Origin: Pristiophorus japonicus
Taxonomy: Eukaryota
Assembly: GCF_044704955.1 (NCBI RefSeq)
Contig: NC_091985.1
Coordinates: 6,014,001-6,078,000 of the forward strand
Length of the DNA: 64,000 nucleotides
Direction: 5' to 3'
Shown here: one piece after another, positions 36,458-50,002 of the stretch
Numbering within the stretch: the first letter of the stretch is position 1
How the letters are laid out: every line of letters starts with the position of its first letter
Notes under the pieces: model-generated
What the model was told of the DNA's origin: nothing
The model's input: only the letters and a program-made list of their open reading frames with translations
Database searches by the model: none
Position numbers and translations under genes: made by a program

Positions 36458-37155
36458 TGTTAGCGTTAGTGTTTTCTCTGAAGAATCACTCAACACTCAG
36501 AGTCGGTTCCAACGCCTGGCGGCCTTTAATAACGCTCAGCGGGGAGGAAACACTCAGGACCGTATCCAGGTTTCTCTCCACAGAACAAAGGGTTACATGC
36601 ACCTTTATATGTTTCACAACAGTTACAAAACAGTTTACTACAGCTACACAGCCCATCACGGCTGGACACAAGCCAATCACAACGATTATAGATTACATAT
36701 AGGTTCTTTTAACCCAATACAATTTCCCTAGTATCCAGGGAACCATATGTTCGGTTATTGTCAGCTTGGGCTGATCGATGACTTTATAGGTTCTCTCCCT
36801 AGTTCTTTCATCTGGGAGAAATAATTGGTTTATAACCTTGTTTACAGGAGATGGTTTCCCTCTTATCTTTCTTCCTGGGGAATTAATTGGTTTATGACCT
36901 TGTTCACAGGAGATGGTTTCCTTCTTATCTCTGTCTTCCCGCATCCCAGGCATTCCTACAGTGGGCCTCACAGGGTTAATGCTTGGTCATTGAACTTTTC
37001 AACAGTTCACAGCTTGACTACCTGATTTCCCATCATGCCTGGGCAGCCATTTTATGTGTGTGTCCATTTTAAGCTTATGTGAGTTTTGATATATCTAGCA
37101 GGTGCCTAATGCCTAGTATTCTGCTATATTCTAAAGGTGCCTACTTCCTACAACA
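36458..37155 (-). mobile_element. Solo LTR, family A (698 bp)
   Basis: TGTTAG...ACAACA; 5-bp TSD attat (36453-36457, 37156-37160). Empty sites in the paralogous CR1 at ~53115 and ~58985 (cttcattatcaacc). Confidence 0.92.
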
Positions 37156-38959
37156 ATTATCAACCACACAGCCAATTTTAGTGTCATCTGCAAGCTTCTT
37201 AATCATACTCCCTATATTCAAATCATTGATATATACCACAAAAAGTAAGGGACCCAGTACTGAGCCCTGCAGAACCCCATTGGAAACATCCTTCCAGTCA
37301 CAAAAACATCCATCAACCATTACCCTTTGCTTCCTACCTTCAAGCCAATTTTGGATCCAACTTGCCACTTCACCCTGGATCCCATGGGCTTTAGCCTTCA
37401 TGAACAGTGTACCATGTGGGACCTTATCAAAAGCTTTGCTAAAATCCATATGCACTACATCGTACGCACTACCCTCATCGACCCTCTTGGTTAACACCCC
37501 GAAAATTTCAATCAGATTAGTCAAACACGATCTTCCCTTAATAAATCCATGCTGACTGTCCCTAATTAATCCTTGCCTTTCCAAATGCAGATTTATCCTG
37601 TCTTTCAGGATTTTTTCCAATAATTTTCCCACCACTGAGGTTAGGTTGACAGGCATGTAATTATTTGACCTGTCCCTCTCTCCCTTCTTAAACAAGGGTA
37701 CTACATTAGCAGTCCTTAAATCCTCCAGCACCATGCCCAGATCCAAAGAGGACTGGAAAATGATGGTCAAGGCCTCTGCTCGTTCCTCTTTTACTTCGTT
37801 CAACAGCCTGGGATGCATTTCATCCGGGCCTGGGGACTTATCTACTTTCAAAGCTGCTAAACCCCTTATTACTTCCTCTCTCACTATATTTATTTCATCC
37901 AGAATATCACACTCCTCCTCGACAGCAGTATCTGTATTGCCCTTTTTCTTTGTGAAAACAGATGCAAAGTATTCGTTAAGAACCTTACCAACATCTTCTG
38001 CCTCCACACAAAGGTTACCCTCATGCTCTCTAATTAGCCCTACCCTTTCTTTAGTTACCCTCTTACTCTTAATATATTTATAGAACATCTTCGTGTTTTC
38101 TTAATTTTACAAGCCAAGAATTTTTCGTGCTCTCTCTTAGCATTCCTAATATCCTTTATAATTTTGCCTCTTAACTTTCTATATTCCTCTAAAGGTTCTA
38201 TAGTATTTAGCCATTGGCATATGACATAAGCATCCCTTTTTTTCTTTATCCTCCCCTGTAAATCCCTAGACATCCAGGGGGCTGTAGAATTATTATTCCC
38301 ACCCATTTTCTTTGTGGGCAGATGTTTGGCCTGAGCCTACTGGATCTCCTCCTTGAATGCCTCCCAATGTTCCGACACTGATTTACCCACAAGCAGCTGT
38401 TTCCATTCCACTGTGGCCAAATCACTCCTCAACTCAGCAAAATTAGCTTTTCCCCAATTTGGGACTTTGATTCCAAGCCTATCCTTGTCTTTATCCATAA
38501 CTAAATAGAATCTGACTGAATTATGGTCACCCAAGTGCTCTCCCACTAATACCACCTTCAACCTGCCCAGCTTCATTCCCCAAAACTAAATCCAAAACCG
38601 CCCCCTCTCGTGTTGGGCTTGTTATATACTGACTCAAAATGTTCTCTTGAATGCATTTTAAGAATTCCTCACCCTCTATACCCTTCACACTATATTTGTC
38701 CCAATCAATATTAGGGTAGTTAAAATCCCCTACTATTACTAGCCTATGGTTTTTGGACTTCACAGTAGTTTGCCTACATATTTGCTCCTCTATCTCCCTC
38801 CCAGTGTTTGGGGGTCTATAATACACACCCAGCAGTATGATAGTCCCTTTTTTATTTTTCAATTCAACCCATATGGCCTCATTTGATGATCCCTCCTCAC
38901 CGCTGTAATAGTTTCTTTAATGAATACCGCGATCCCCCCGCCCCCCCGCCCCTCTCTGT

Positions 38960-41900
38960 CATAGAAACATAGAAACATAGAAAATAGGTGCAGGAGTAGG
39001 CCATTCGGCCCTTCTAGCCTACACCGCCATTCAATGAGTTCATGGCTGAACATGCAACTTCAGTACCCCATTCCTGCTTTCTCGCCATACCCCTTGATCC
39101 CCCGAGTAGTAAGAACTACATCTAACTCTTTTTTGAATATATTTAGTGAATTGGCCTCAACAACTTTCTGTGGTAGAGAATTCCACAGGATCACCACTCT
39201 CTGGGTGAAGAAGTTTCTCCTCATCTCGGTCCTAAATGACTTACCCCTTATCCTTAGACTGTGACCCCTGCTTCTGGACTTCCCCAACATTGGGAACATT
39301 CTTCCTGCATCTAACCTGTCTAAACCCGTCAGAATTTTAAACGTTTCTATGAGATCCCCTCTCATTCTTCTGAACTCCAATGAATACAAGCCCAGTTGAT
39401 CCAGTCTTTCTTGATATGTCAGTCCTGCCATCCCGGGAATCAGTCTGGTGAATCTTCGCTGCGCTCCCTCAATAGCAAGAATGTCCTTCCTCAAGTTAGG
39501 AAACCAAAACTGTAGACAATACTCCAGGTGTGGCCTCACCAAGGCCCTGTACAACTGTAGTAACACCTCCCTGCCCCTGTACTCAAATCCCCTCGCTATG
39601 AAGGCCAACATGCCATTTGCTTTCTTAACCGCCTGTACCTGCATGCCAACCTTCAATGACTGATGTACCATGACACCTCCCCTCGTTGCACCTCCCCTTT
39701 TCCTAATCTGTCACCATTCAGATAATAGTCTGTCTCTCTGTTTTTACCACCAAAGTGGATAACCTCACATTTATCCACATTATACTTCATCTGCCATGCA
39801 TTTGCCCACTCACCTAACCTATCCAAGTCACTCTCCAGACTCATTGCATCCTCCTCGCAGCTCACACTGCCACCCAACTTAGTGTCATCCGCAAATTTGG
39901 AGATACTACATTTAATCCCCTCGTCTAAATCATTAATGTACAGTGTAAACAGTTGGCGCACCAGCACAGAACCTTGCGATACGCCACTAGTCACTGCCTG
40001 CCATTCTGAAAAGTACCCGTTTACTCCTACTCTTTGCTTCCTGTCTGACAACCAGTTCTCAATCCATGTCAGCACACTACCCCCAATCCCATGTGCTTTA
40101 ACTTTGCACATTAATCTCTTGTGTGGGACCTTGTCGAAAGCCTTCTGAATGTCCAAATACACCACCTCAACTGGTTCTCCCTTGTCCACTCTACTGGAAA
40201 CATCCTCAAAAAATTCCAGAAGATTTGTCAAGCATGATTTCCCTTTCACAAATCCATGCTGACTTGGACCTATCATGTCAGCTCTTTCCAAATGCGCTGC
40301 TATGACATCCTTAATAATTTATTCCATCATTTTCCCCACTACCGATGTCAGGCTGACCGGTCTATAATTCCCTGTTTTCTCTCTCCCTCCTTTTTTAAAA
40401 AGTGGGGTTACATTGGCTACCCTCCACTCCATAGGAACTGATCCAGAGTCAATGGAATGTTGGAAAATGACTGTTAATGCATCCGCTATTTCCAAGGCCA
40501 CCTCCTTTAGTACTCTGGGATGCAGTCCATCAGGTCTTGGGGATTTATTGGCGTTCAATCCCATCAACTTCCCCAACACAATTTCCCGACTAATAAGGAT
40601 TTCCCTCAGTTCCTGCTTCTTATTAGACCCTCTGACCCCTTTTTATATCCGGAAGGTTGTTTGTGACCTCCTTAGTGATTCCGAACCAAAGTACTTGTTC
40701 AATTGGTCTGCCATTTTTTTGTTCCCCGTTATGCCTTCCCCTGATTCTGACAGCAGGGGACCTACGTTTGTCTTTACTAACCTTTTTCTCTTTACATATC
40801 TATGGAAGCTTTTGCAGTCCGTCTTAATGTTCCCTGCAAGCTTCCTCTCGTACTCTATTTTCCCTGCCCTAATCAAACCCTTTATCCTCCACTGCTGAGT
40901 TCTAAATTTCTCCCAGTCCCTGGGTTCACTGCTATTTCTCGCCAATTTGTATGCTATTTCCTTGGCTTTAATACAATCCCTGATTTCCCTTGATAGCCAG
41001 GGTTGAGTACCTTCCCTTTTTTATTTTTACGCCAGACAGGGATGTACAATTGTTGTAGTTCATCCTTGTGGTCTCTAAATGTCTGCCATTGCCCATCCAC
41101 TGTCAACCCCTGAAGTATCATTCGACGATCTATCCTAGCCAATTCACGCCTCATACTTTCAAAGTTACCCTTCTTTAAGTTCTGGACCATGGTCTCGGAA
41201 TTAACTGTTTCATTCTCCATCCTAATGTAAAATTCCACCATATTATGGTCACTCTTCCCCAAGGAGCCTCGCACAACGAGATAGCTAATTAATTCTCTCT
41301 CATTACACAACACCCAGTCTAAGATGGCCTCCCCCCTAGTTGGTTCCTCGACATATTGGTCTAGAAAACCATCCCTTATGCACTCCAGGAAATCCTCCTC
41401 CACCGTATTGCTTCCAGTTTGGATAGCCCAATCTATATGCATATTAAAGTCACCCATGATAACAGCTGCAGCCCTAATTTCCTGTTTGATGCCCTCCCCA
41501 ACATCACTACTACTGTTTGGAGGTCTGTACACAACTCCCACTAACGTTTTTTGCCCTTTGGTGTTCTGCAGCGCTACCCATATAGATTCCACATCATCCA
41601 AGCTAATGTCCTTCCTAACTATTGCATTAATCTCCTCTTTAACCAGCAATGCTACCCCACCTCCCTTTCCTTTTATTCTATCTTTCCTGAATGTTGAATA
41701 CCCAGCCCTGATCATCCTGGAGCCACGTCTCTATAATCCCAATCACATCAAATCTGTTAACATCCATTTGCACAGTTAATTCATCCACCTTATTACGGAT
41801 ACTCCTTGCATTAAGACACAAAGCCTTCAGGCTTGTTTTTTTAACACTCTTTGTCCTTTTAGAATTATGATGTAGTGTGGCCCTTTTTGTTTCTTGCCTT

Positions 41901-42760
41901 TGTTTACTCGGCCTTCCACTATTGCTTTTTACCTTTCTACCATCTGTTTCTGACTCCACATTACTTCGCCCTGTCTGGCTGCATAGGTTCCCATCCCCCT
42001 ACCATATTAGTTTAAACACTCCCGAACTGCATTCGCCCAAGTGCAGACCGTCCCTTTTGTACAGGTCCCATTTCCCCCAGAACTGGTTCCAATGTCCCAG
42101 GAATTTTAATCCCTCCCTCTTCCACCACTATTCAAGCCACGTATTTATTCTAACTATCCTGCTCCCTCTACTCTGATTAGCACGTGACACTGGTAGCAAT
42201 CCAGAGATTACTGCCTTTGAGGTCCTCCTTTTTAATTTAACTCCTAGCTCCCTACATTCACCTTGTAGGACCTCTTCCCACTTCTTACCGATATCGTTGG
42301 CACCGACATGTACCACGACAACCGGCTGTTCACCCCCCCTCCCCTCTCCAGAATGCTCTGCAGCTGCTCCGAGACATCCTTGACCCTTGCACCTTCCTGG
42401 AGTCTCGGTTGCGACCGCAGAAACTCCTATCTATTCCCCTTACAATAGAGTCCCCTATCACTATAGCTCTCCCTCTCTTTTGCCCGCCCTTCTGTGCAGC
42501 AGAGCCACCCATGGTGCCATGAGCCTGGCTGCTGGTGCCTTCCCCTGGTAAGTCATCTCCCCCAACAGTATCCAAAACGGTATATCTGTTTTGGAGGGAG
42601 ATGACCGCAGGGGACTCCTGCACTACCTTCCTGCTCTTGCCTTGTCTCTTAGTCACCCATTCACTATCTGTCCTAACCCTTACCTGCAGTATGACCAACT
42701 CACTAAATGTGCTATCCAAAACATTCTCAGCATCGCGCATGCTCCAGAGTGAGTCCATCC
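38960..42760 (-). mobile_element. Young CR1 LINE, long copy (ORF1 + ORF2), nested in an older CR1
   Basis: ORF1 GDSIVRG, EN and RT ORFs (253, 212 and 203 aa), (ttctatgt)n tail. Empty site visible at ~63960-63985. Confidence 0.95.
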
Positions 42761-42893
42761 GTGTCTAAAAATCATGTAACCAGGAAAATTGATCTGCCAA
42801 ACCTGCCCCTCTTACAGCCATGTTTCTGTCATGGCTATAATGTCATACTCGCAAGTATCTTGCTGTGCTCTTAGCTCATCCGCCTTATTCGCT

Positions 42894-43661
42894 AGACTGC
42901 AGTGGGTCTCAAATGTGCCCAACACAGAGACTGTAGTGGGTCTCAAATGTGCCCAACACATAGACTGTAGTGGGTCTGGAATGTACCCAATACACACAGA
43001 CTGTAGTGGGTCTGGAATGTACCCAATACACACAGACTATAGTGGGTCTGGAATGTACCCAATACACACAGACTGTAGTGGGTCTGGAATGTGCCCAATA
43101 CACACAGACTGTAGTGGGTCTGGAATGTACCCAATACACACAGACTGTAGTGGGTCTGGAATGTACCCAATACACACAGACTGTAGTGGGTCTGGAATGT
43201 ACCCAATACACACAGACTGTAGTGGTCTGGAATGTACCCAATACACACAGGCTGTAGTGGGTCTGGAATGTACCCAATACACACAGACTGTAGTGGGTCT
43301 GGAATGTACCCAATACACACAGACTGCAGTGGGTCTGGAATGTATCCAATACACACAGACTGTAGTGGGTCTGGAATGTACCCAATACACACAGACTGTA
43401 GTGGGTCTGGAATGTACCCAATACACACAGACTGTAGTGGGTCTGGAATGTACCCAATACACACAGACTGTAGTGGGTCTGGAATGTACCCAATACACAC
43501 AGACTGTAGTGGGTCTGGAATGTACACAATACACACAGACTGCAGTGGGTCTGGAATGTACCCAATACACACAGACTGTAGTGGGTCTGGAATGTGCCCA
43601 ATACACACAGACTGTAGTGGGTCTGGAATGTGCCCAACACACAGACTGTAGTGGGTCTGGG
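42894..43661. repeat. 36-bp minisatellite, right part (~21 units)
   Basis: Same unit as 35007-35285; highly homogeneous. Confidence 0.97.
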
Positions 43662-44335
43662 AGGGTGTGACCCAGAGAAAGAACATGGTCAACCTGGTCG
43701 GAAGCCTGAGGTCGGTAAACTGACAATTCATGATTTAAACAAACACATCGATGTACGACTAGAGTGTGACTGTAAAGGAATAAAGTTGGAAGCCTCGCCC
43801 ACTGGGACATTATATGGAAGATTCAGCAGATGCCGCCCACGATTTTCCGATCATCTGGCAGTGAGATTCCTGGCAGAGCTCTGGTCTCCTGAAATTATCT
43901 TTTTTGCCTTCTCAAAAAAGTCAATGCAAATAAATTGTTTCCTCGTGTCTAATGCCAGGTACCACTTTGAAAGGCAAGTGCACACTTTGTCTAAGCACCA
44001 CTTAGAGAAAGGACTGAGGGTAGCAAGGGCACAGAATGTACTCTGGCTCGGCAGCTTCAATGTCCATCACCAAGGCTCGGGAGTACCAGCACTGACCGAG
44101 CTGGCCGAGTCCTGAGGGATATTGCTGCCAGACTGGGCTTGCAGCAACTGGTGAGAGGACCAACATGAGCGAATTACTGATCTGGCTCTGTCCTCCCCAA
44201 GCTACAACAACTTGTATTTATACAGCGCCTTTAACAGAGTAAAATGTCCCAAGGAGCTTCACAGGAGCGTTATCAGACAACATTTGACACCAAGCCACAT
44301 GAGGACACATGTTGTAACTTCTATGTATATCATTG

Positions 44336-44802
44336 AAACATAGAAAATAGGTGCAGGAGTAGGCCATTCGGCCATTCGAACCTGCACCGCCATTCAATGA
44401 GTTCATGGCTGAACATGCAACTTCAGTACCCCATTCCTGCTTTCTCGCCATACCCCTTGATCCCTCTAGTAGTAAGGACTACATCTAACTCCTTTTTGAA
44501 TATATTTAGTGAATTGGCCTCAACAACTTTCTGTGGCAGAGAATTCCACAGGTTCACCACTCTCTGGGTGAAGAAGTTTCTCCTCATCTCCGACCTAAAT
44601 GGCTTACCCCTTATCCTTAGACTGTGAACCCTGTTTCTGGACTTCCCCAACATTGGGAACATTCTTCCTGCATCGAACCTGTCTAAACCCATCAGCATTT
44701 TAAACGTTTCTATGAGATCCCTTCTCATTCTTCTGAACTCCAGTGAATACAAGCCCAGTTGATCCAGTCTTTCTTGATATGTCAGTCCCGCCATCCCGGG
44801 AG
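44336..44802 (-). mobile_element. CR1 3' fragment
   Basis: [12 protein letters not shown]...GIKGYGEKAGMGY and tail. Confidence 0.93.
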
Positions 44803-45822
44803 CCATTGAAGATGTTGCTGGGGCCGAGGGGATTTGCCTATGAATCTAAAACTTTAGAAGCTGAAGGATCCAGAGCAAGAGACCCAAGAATATAACAGGT
44901 CCAACTGTGTCACAGACTTTCATGTGTAGCAGAAGTGGCAAATGTAGGTCTCCACGGACTTGGCCAACTGGGTGTGCCAGGGCCAATTCCGAGTGGCTGC
45001 CAGGCACCTGAGGTACAAGTCCATCACTCATTCTCCCCCTCCTCCCTGAAGTCCTCTTCCTCCTCCAAATCCACGGGAGTCATTGGCAAGGCCCAGTGAG
45101 CCTCCGTGCAGAGCAGTATGGTTAGAGAGGAGATTCATAGCTGGACAGCAACAATACAGTGGCTGGAGGGCTGTGCAAAAAGGAAACATCAGAAAAGAAC
45201 TATTGCACGGACAACGATGCAGAAACAGCGGTACAGGAGATGGAGGGGAAAAAAACAACTTTCCAAAATCGGTCCCTCTGTCCCAGCTTCGAGTGGACAT
45301 TCTGCGGTGAGCAGCTGGGAAGACCACAAGTGTCCATTGTAAACGGACAAGCAAAAGGCACCAAGTGAGGACACGTGGGGATTCACCATGGGACTGAGTG
45401 ACATCTATTTACATATTTCTCAGGGTATAATGAATCCACGCAGGCTCTCAACATAACCTGAAAATACTTCAGATGTCTTCTCCAGCCGCATCTGTTGCAC
45501 CCGGACCGCCTGCCCCATCCCGCGCTGCTTGTGCACTGGCTGCAGAGCACCGCCCCTCCAGTCTGACATTGAGTCAGTGTGACAGTGATTTCAGTAGGAA
45601 TTAGATCGACATAAAGACAGCGCAGGTGGAAGACAACAAACACTTGTATTTACAAAACTCCTTTCACATAATTGTCTCAAAGTGCTTCACAACAATGGAA
45701 CTAGGGCGACAGGCACCAAGCCGTCAAGGAAGAAATTGGGAGAGGTGTCAGAAATGTTGGTGAAAATGATGGGTTTTTGTAACGGTTTCTAAAGTTGGAG
45801 CGAGAAGTGGAGAATTGGAGGG

Positions 45823-46072
45823 TGTAATGTATGAAGCTGTGAGTTAGCTCACAAGTTTATGGAACTGATGCATTGTGAGTGGTCTAGCCAGTCACGTGAT
45901 GTTCACAAAACTCAATAAAACCTTGATGAGGTATGCAGTTATGAGCCTAGTGGATGAACTGGTAATGTGTAGTGGGATTGTTAAATCTTTGTTAATAAAC
46001 CAACTAGTTCTTGATCGCAATGTGTTGCTATGAATTCTTAAAGCAAAGAACCCATGAAGCAAATGCATTACA
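45823..46072 (+). mobile_element. Solo LTR, family B (250 bp), inside an old L2 fragment
   Basis: TGTAATG...CATTACA inverted ends; 5-bp TSD gaggg (45818-45822, 46073-46077); internal AATAAA. Confidence 0.85.
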
Positions 46073-46689
46073 GAGGGGTTTAGCGAGGGAGCTCGAGAGA
46101 GTAGGGCTGAATCAGCTAAAGGCTTTTCCACCAATGGTGGGAGGGGAAGGAGGAGTGAATGCACAGTTAAAGAAGCAAAGAGTGCCGGGGTTATCGGCCT
46201 GGAGGAGGTTACAGAAGGTTGGAGGTGGGACAAGGCCAGTCAGAGAATTGAAGGACAAGAGTTTATTTTTAGTGAATTGAGGGACAGGGAGCCTCTGTAC
46301 GATGACAGTGAGGAGGATTTCTTGTGGGACAGGATATGAGCAACTGTATTTTGGACAAATCAGTAGAGTTCACTGAGGATGTGAGGCCAGCAATGAGAGC
46401 ATTGGAGCCATCAAGACCAGAGGTGACAGGAGCATGGATAAGGATGTCAGTGTTGTAGGGTATCAGGTGTGTCCTTGGGCAGGGCCACTTCAATGCTGTG
46501 AGCTGGAATTGGACTGGACAGATTGGAACAGGCAGCATTGAGAGGGTTAGGTTAGTTTAGGTGAAGATGGGTCAGCAGGCAGAGAGGACAGGCGGGTGGG
46601 TGGCTTGTTTGAGGAGGGGATTGATGACTGGTTTTGAATGTTTGAGGAAAGTCACCCGTAGTGTGAGCTATATTAGATCTCAGACGCCA

Positions 46690-48042
46690 TAATCCAGACC
46701 ATCTTCAAGAAAAGTGACCAGTCCGATGGCGGTAATTAGAAAGGAGTTTCCCTGCTATCTGCCACAGGGAAAGTCATCGCAAGAATCCTCCTCAATCGCC
46801 TTCTCCCAGTGGCTGTAGAGCTCCTCCCAGAGTCGCAATGTGGATCCGCCCACTAAGGGGCACAATGGACATGATCTTCACCACGCGTAAAATTCAAGAG
46901 AAATGCAGGGAGCAGCACGAACCTCTGTATATGGCTTTCTTTGACCTCGCAAACGCCTTCGACACCATCAACCGTGAGAGATTATGGAGCGTCCTCCTTG
47001 AATTCGGCTGGCCTCAAAAGTTTGTTACCATCCTCCGCCTGTTTCACAATGACATTTAAGCTGTGATCCTGACCAACGGATCCACCACAGACCCAATACA
47101 TGTGTGGACCAGTGTCAATCAAGGTTGTGTCATTGCACCAACGTTCTTCTCAATCTTCCTTGCTGCTATGCTCCATCTCACCCTCAGTAAGCTCTTCGCT
47201 GGAGTGGAACTAACCGACAGAACAACCAGGAAACTGTTCAATCTCCATCGTCTCCAGTCCACTGGTGGGTGGGGTTCTTGGGTTGTCGTATGCTCCGTCC
47301 GCTGTTTCCGCTTGGCTTCTGCTTGCTACCAGCGAAGAGACCTTGAGTTCGACGCCTTCCCGGATGATGAAGTCCAACACTGCTTTCAGTGTGCCAGTGC
47401 AGCCTTCGGTCACCCGCGGAAGAGAGTGTTTGAAGACCGGGACCTCAAACCCAGCACCAAGCTCATGTTCTACAGAGCAGTAGTGATACCCGCCCTCCTA
47501 TATGCTTCAGAGACATGGACTATGTACAGCAGGCACTTCAAAGCACTGGAGAAGTACCACCAATGCTGCCTCCTCAAGATCCTGCAAATCCATTGGCAGG
47601 ATAGGTGCACCACCATCTGTGTTCTCGCTCAGGCCAACATTCCCAGCATCGAAGCATTGACCACGCTCGATCAGCTCTGATGGACGGGCCACATCGGCCG
47701 CATGCCCGATACGAGACTCCCAAAACAAGCGCTCTACTCGGAGCTACGACATGACAAATGAGCCCCAGGTGGGCAGAGGAAACGTTTCAAGGACACCCTC
47801 AAAGACTCCTTGAACAAATGCAACATCCCCACCGACACCTGGTAATCCCTGGCCTAAGAACACCCAAAGTGGAGGAGATACATCCGGGAAGGCGTCAATC
47901 ACCCCGAGTCTCTTCACCAGGAGCAAAGGGGAAGCCAAGTGCAAACAGAGGCTGTAGGTCCTGCATTGGATCAGTCACCTGAGAACTCATATTAGTGGAA
48001 ATTAAATCATCCTCGACTCCGAGGGACTGCCTAAGAAGAAGA
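46690..48042 (+). mobile_element. RTE-clade LINE fragment (RT to 3' end) with internal rearrangement
   Basis: RGTMDMIFT.RKIQEKCREQ..LYMAFFDL..AFDTI, QGCVIAPTFF, LLYASETW; ends gagggactgcctaagaagaag. Confidence 0.9.
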
Positions 48043-48594
48043 TGGTCAGGGATAAAGAGGAGTCAGGAGGCGTATAGAGAAGAAATCAATGGGCCAGGGT
48101 GTGAGCATCATTTAGGAAATAAGTGAAGAGAAGGCATGGGAGGGAGATTGGGGAGAATCTGCAGTGATGGGGATCAGGGAGGAAGACTAGGGGAGGTTGG
48201 GGAGGAAGTGGCAGAGGCAGCTGTATGCACGAAGCAAAGAAATCCTGGAGCTTTTCATATCAGGCCATATAATGATCATTTGTTTAGAATTTATTGAAGC
48301 TAAAGTGAGCTGCCTGCAGTTTTCATTGAAACACTTCAGACATTTATCAACCTTCGGACCGGTTTTTAAGTTATTGATATTTTTCCCTTAAACTTGCGAC
48401 TGCTCCAGTCCTTATCCAGTGTCCGAGCCTGGACGGATTCGGCACATTGTACCCGTGCGAGGGCCAGCCGGTGGATGAAAAGAAAAAGAACCTGTTCAAA
48501 TAAAAGGCAGGGTTCACTACACAGGTTTTCCACATTTTGGATCGGAATCAGTAACAGATTAACCGCACTGCTCCAGGATTGCAATCTTTGATCT

Positions 48595-49210
48595 CCGTCT
48601 AAATTCTACTGCCAGGACACCGGCTGGAGCTTAACAGATCGTAGACTGATCGGGAGCGAGGACATTTGCACGGGCAAGATTGTGGGATTTGCGGGTGCAT
48701 AGCCTACTTTTACAAGCCCAAGTGTTTAAAACACACACAAACACAATTAAATTCAATAAAATAAACACATTTTTATTGTTAAAACCTCTGCCCACTAATG
48801 GAAGTTTATTTTTAACCCAAATTACAAAACTTTAAAAAAAATCGTAAATATGGTGTTTTTTTCTAAGGCAGTTATTAACTTTAATTTCAATTCATTTTAA
48901 TTATGTGAGGTCTGATTTTTATTTTTTATTCGTGTGTGTTTGTTTTTTTCCCCCAACAATATGAGAACTCGTAGATACACGAGTCTCAGCGCTATTAATG
49001 GGAATCTGTGAAGTACCTACCTGATTGGCTGAGCAGTCACACGTGACTGCATCTTCTGCATAGGAACCCTCCGGACGGGTGCGCGCTTTGCATCGTGGGC
49101 AGAGAAGGCCTCCCCAACGGAATCCAGGGTGCTTCCTAACCAACTTTCGTAAAAAATCTCCGGTCGGAAGGCAATTGCCAGCGGGAAGCCTCCAACCGGA
49201 ATTTTCGGGC
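48595..49210. mobile_element. Harbinger-like MITE related to 33421-34007
   Basis: Shared internal blocks (gcccactaatg.aagtttattttt; AT-rich core); right end ggaattttcgggcc; left boundary uncertain. Confidence 0.5.
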
Positions 49211-49224
49211 CATTATTCCATCTC

Positions 49225-50002
49225 CCTTACAATAAAGGACAACATTCCATTTGCCTTCCTAATTACTTGCTATACCTGCATGCTAACTTTTTGTGTTTCA
49301 TGTACAAGGATCCCCAGATCCCTCTGTCCCACAGCATTTTGTAATCTCTCTCCATTTAAATAATTGCATTTTTATTTTTCCTACAAAAGTGGATAACCTC
49401 ATATTTTCCCACATTATACTCCCATCTGCCAAATTTTTGCACACTCACTTAGCCTATCTATATCACTTTGCAAATTATATGTGTCCTCTTTACAACTTGC
49501 TTTCCCTGCCACCTTTGTAACTTCAGCAAATTTGGCTACAGTACACTTGGTCCTATCATCCAAGTCATTAATATAAATTGTAAATAGTTGAGGCCCCAGC
49601 ACTGATCCCTGTGGCACCCCACTATTTCCCCCTGTAATCTATTTACCCTGTGATCTACTTACCCTGTAATCTACTTACCTATTCCTCCCTGTAATTGTCT
49701 GTAGGCCTCCAAACAGTAGAGGTAATGTACGGGACAGCATCAAACAGGAAATTAGAAATGCATGTGAGAAGGGTACTACAGTAATCTTGGATGACTTTAA
49801 TCTAAATATAGACTGGCCAAACCAAATTAGTAATAATACTGTGGAGGATGAATTCCTGGAGTGTGTCCAAAATGGTTTTTTAGACCAGTATGTTGAGGAG
49901 CCTACTAGGGAACAGGCTATCCTAGATTGGGTATTATGCAATGAGAAGGAGTTAATTAATAGTCTTGTTGTGCAGAGTCCTTTAGGGAAGAGTGACCATA
50001 AG
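49225..50002. mobile_element. Two CR1 fragments (- strand 49225-49625, + strand EN fragment 49695-50002)
   Basis: [11 protein letters not shown] on the - strand; DFNL.IDW..GFLDQYVEEPTR..GKSDH on the + strand. Confidence 0.85.

Larger units (their letters stand above)
35286..42893 (-). mobile_element. CR1 LINE (third subfamily, long 3' UTR) inserted in the 36-bp array; interrupted by a solo LTR and a younger CR1
   Basis: EN LGVYYRPP..GDFNYP, RT 315-aa ORF, tail catagaaacatagaaatctacagcgc. Resumes at 42761-42893 (YDIIAMTETWL). Confidence 0.9.

Noticed and set aside
42894-43661. CRISPR-like or Ig switch-like array; cacagac resembling an RSS heptamer
   Set aside because: Units are contiguous with no unique spacers, the DNA is eukaryotic, it is not AGCT-rich, and there is no nonamer at 12/23 spacing.
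42789-43810. Long ORFs (243-293 aa) on both strands with Cys-rich 12-aa repeats
   Set aside because: By-products of the 36-bp minisatellite; no splice or start context.
44803-45420. Possible very old Harbinger Myb-like remnant, or an exon between V1 and V2
   Set aside because: Only faint similarity (TDNDAETAVQEME); no C-domain or TM motif and no convincing splice pair.
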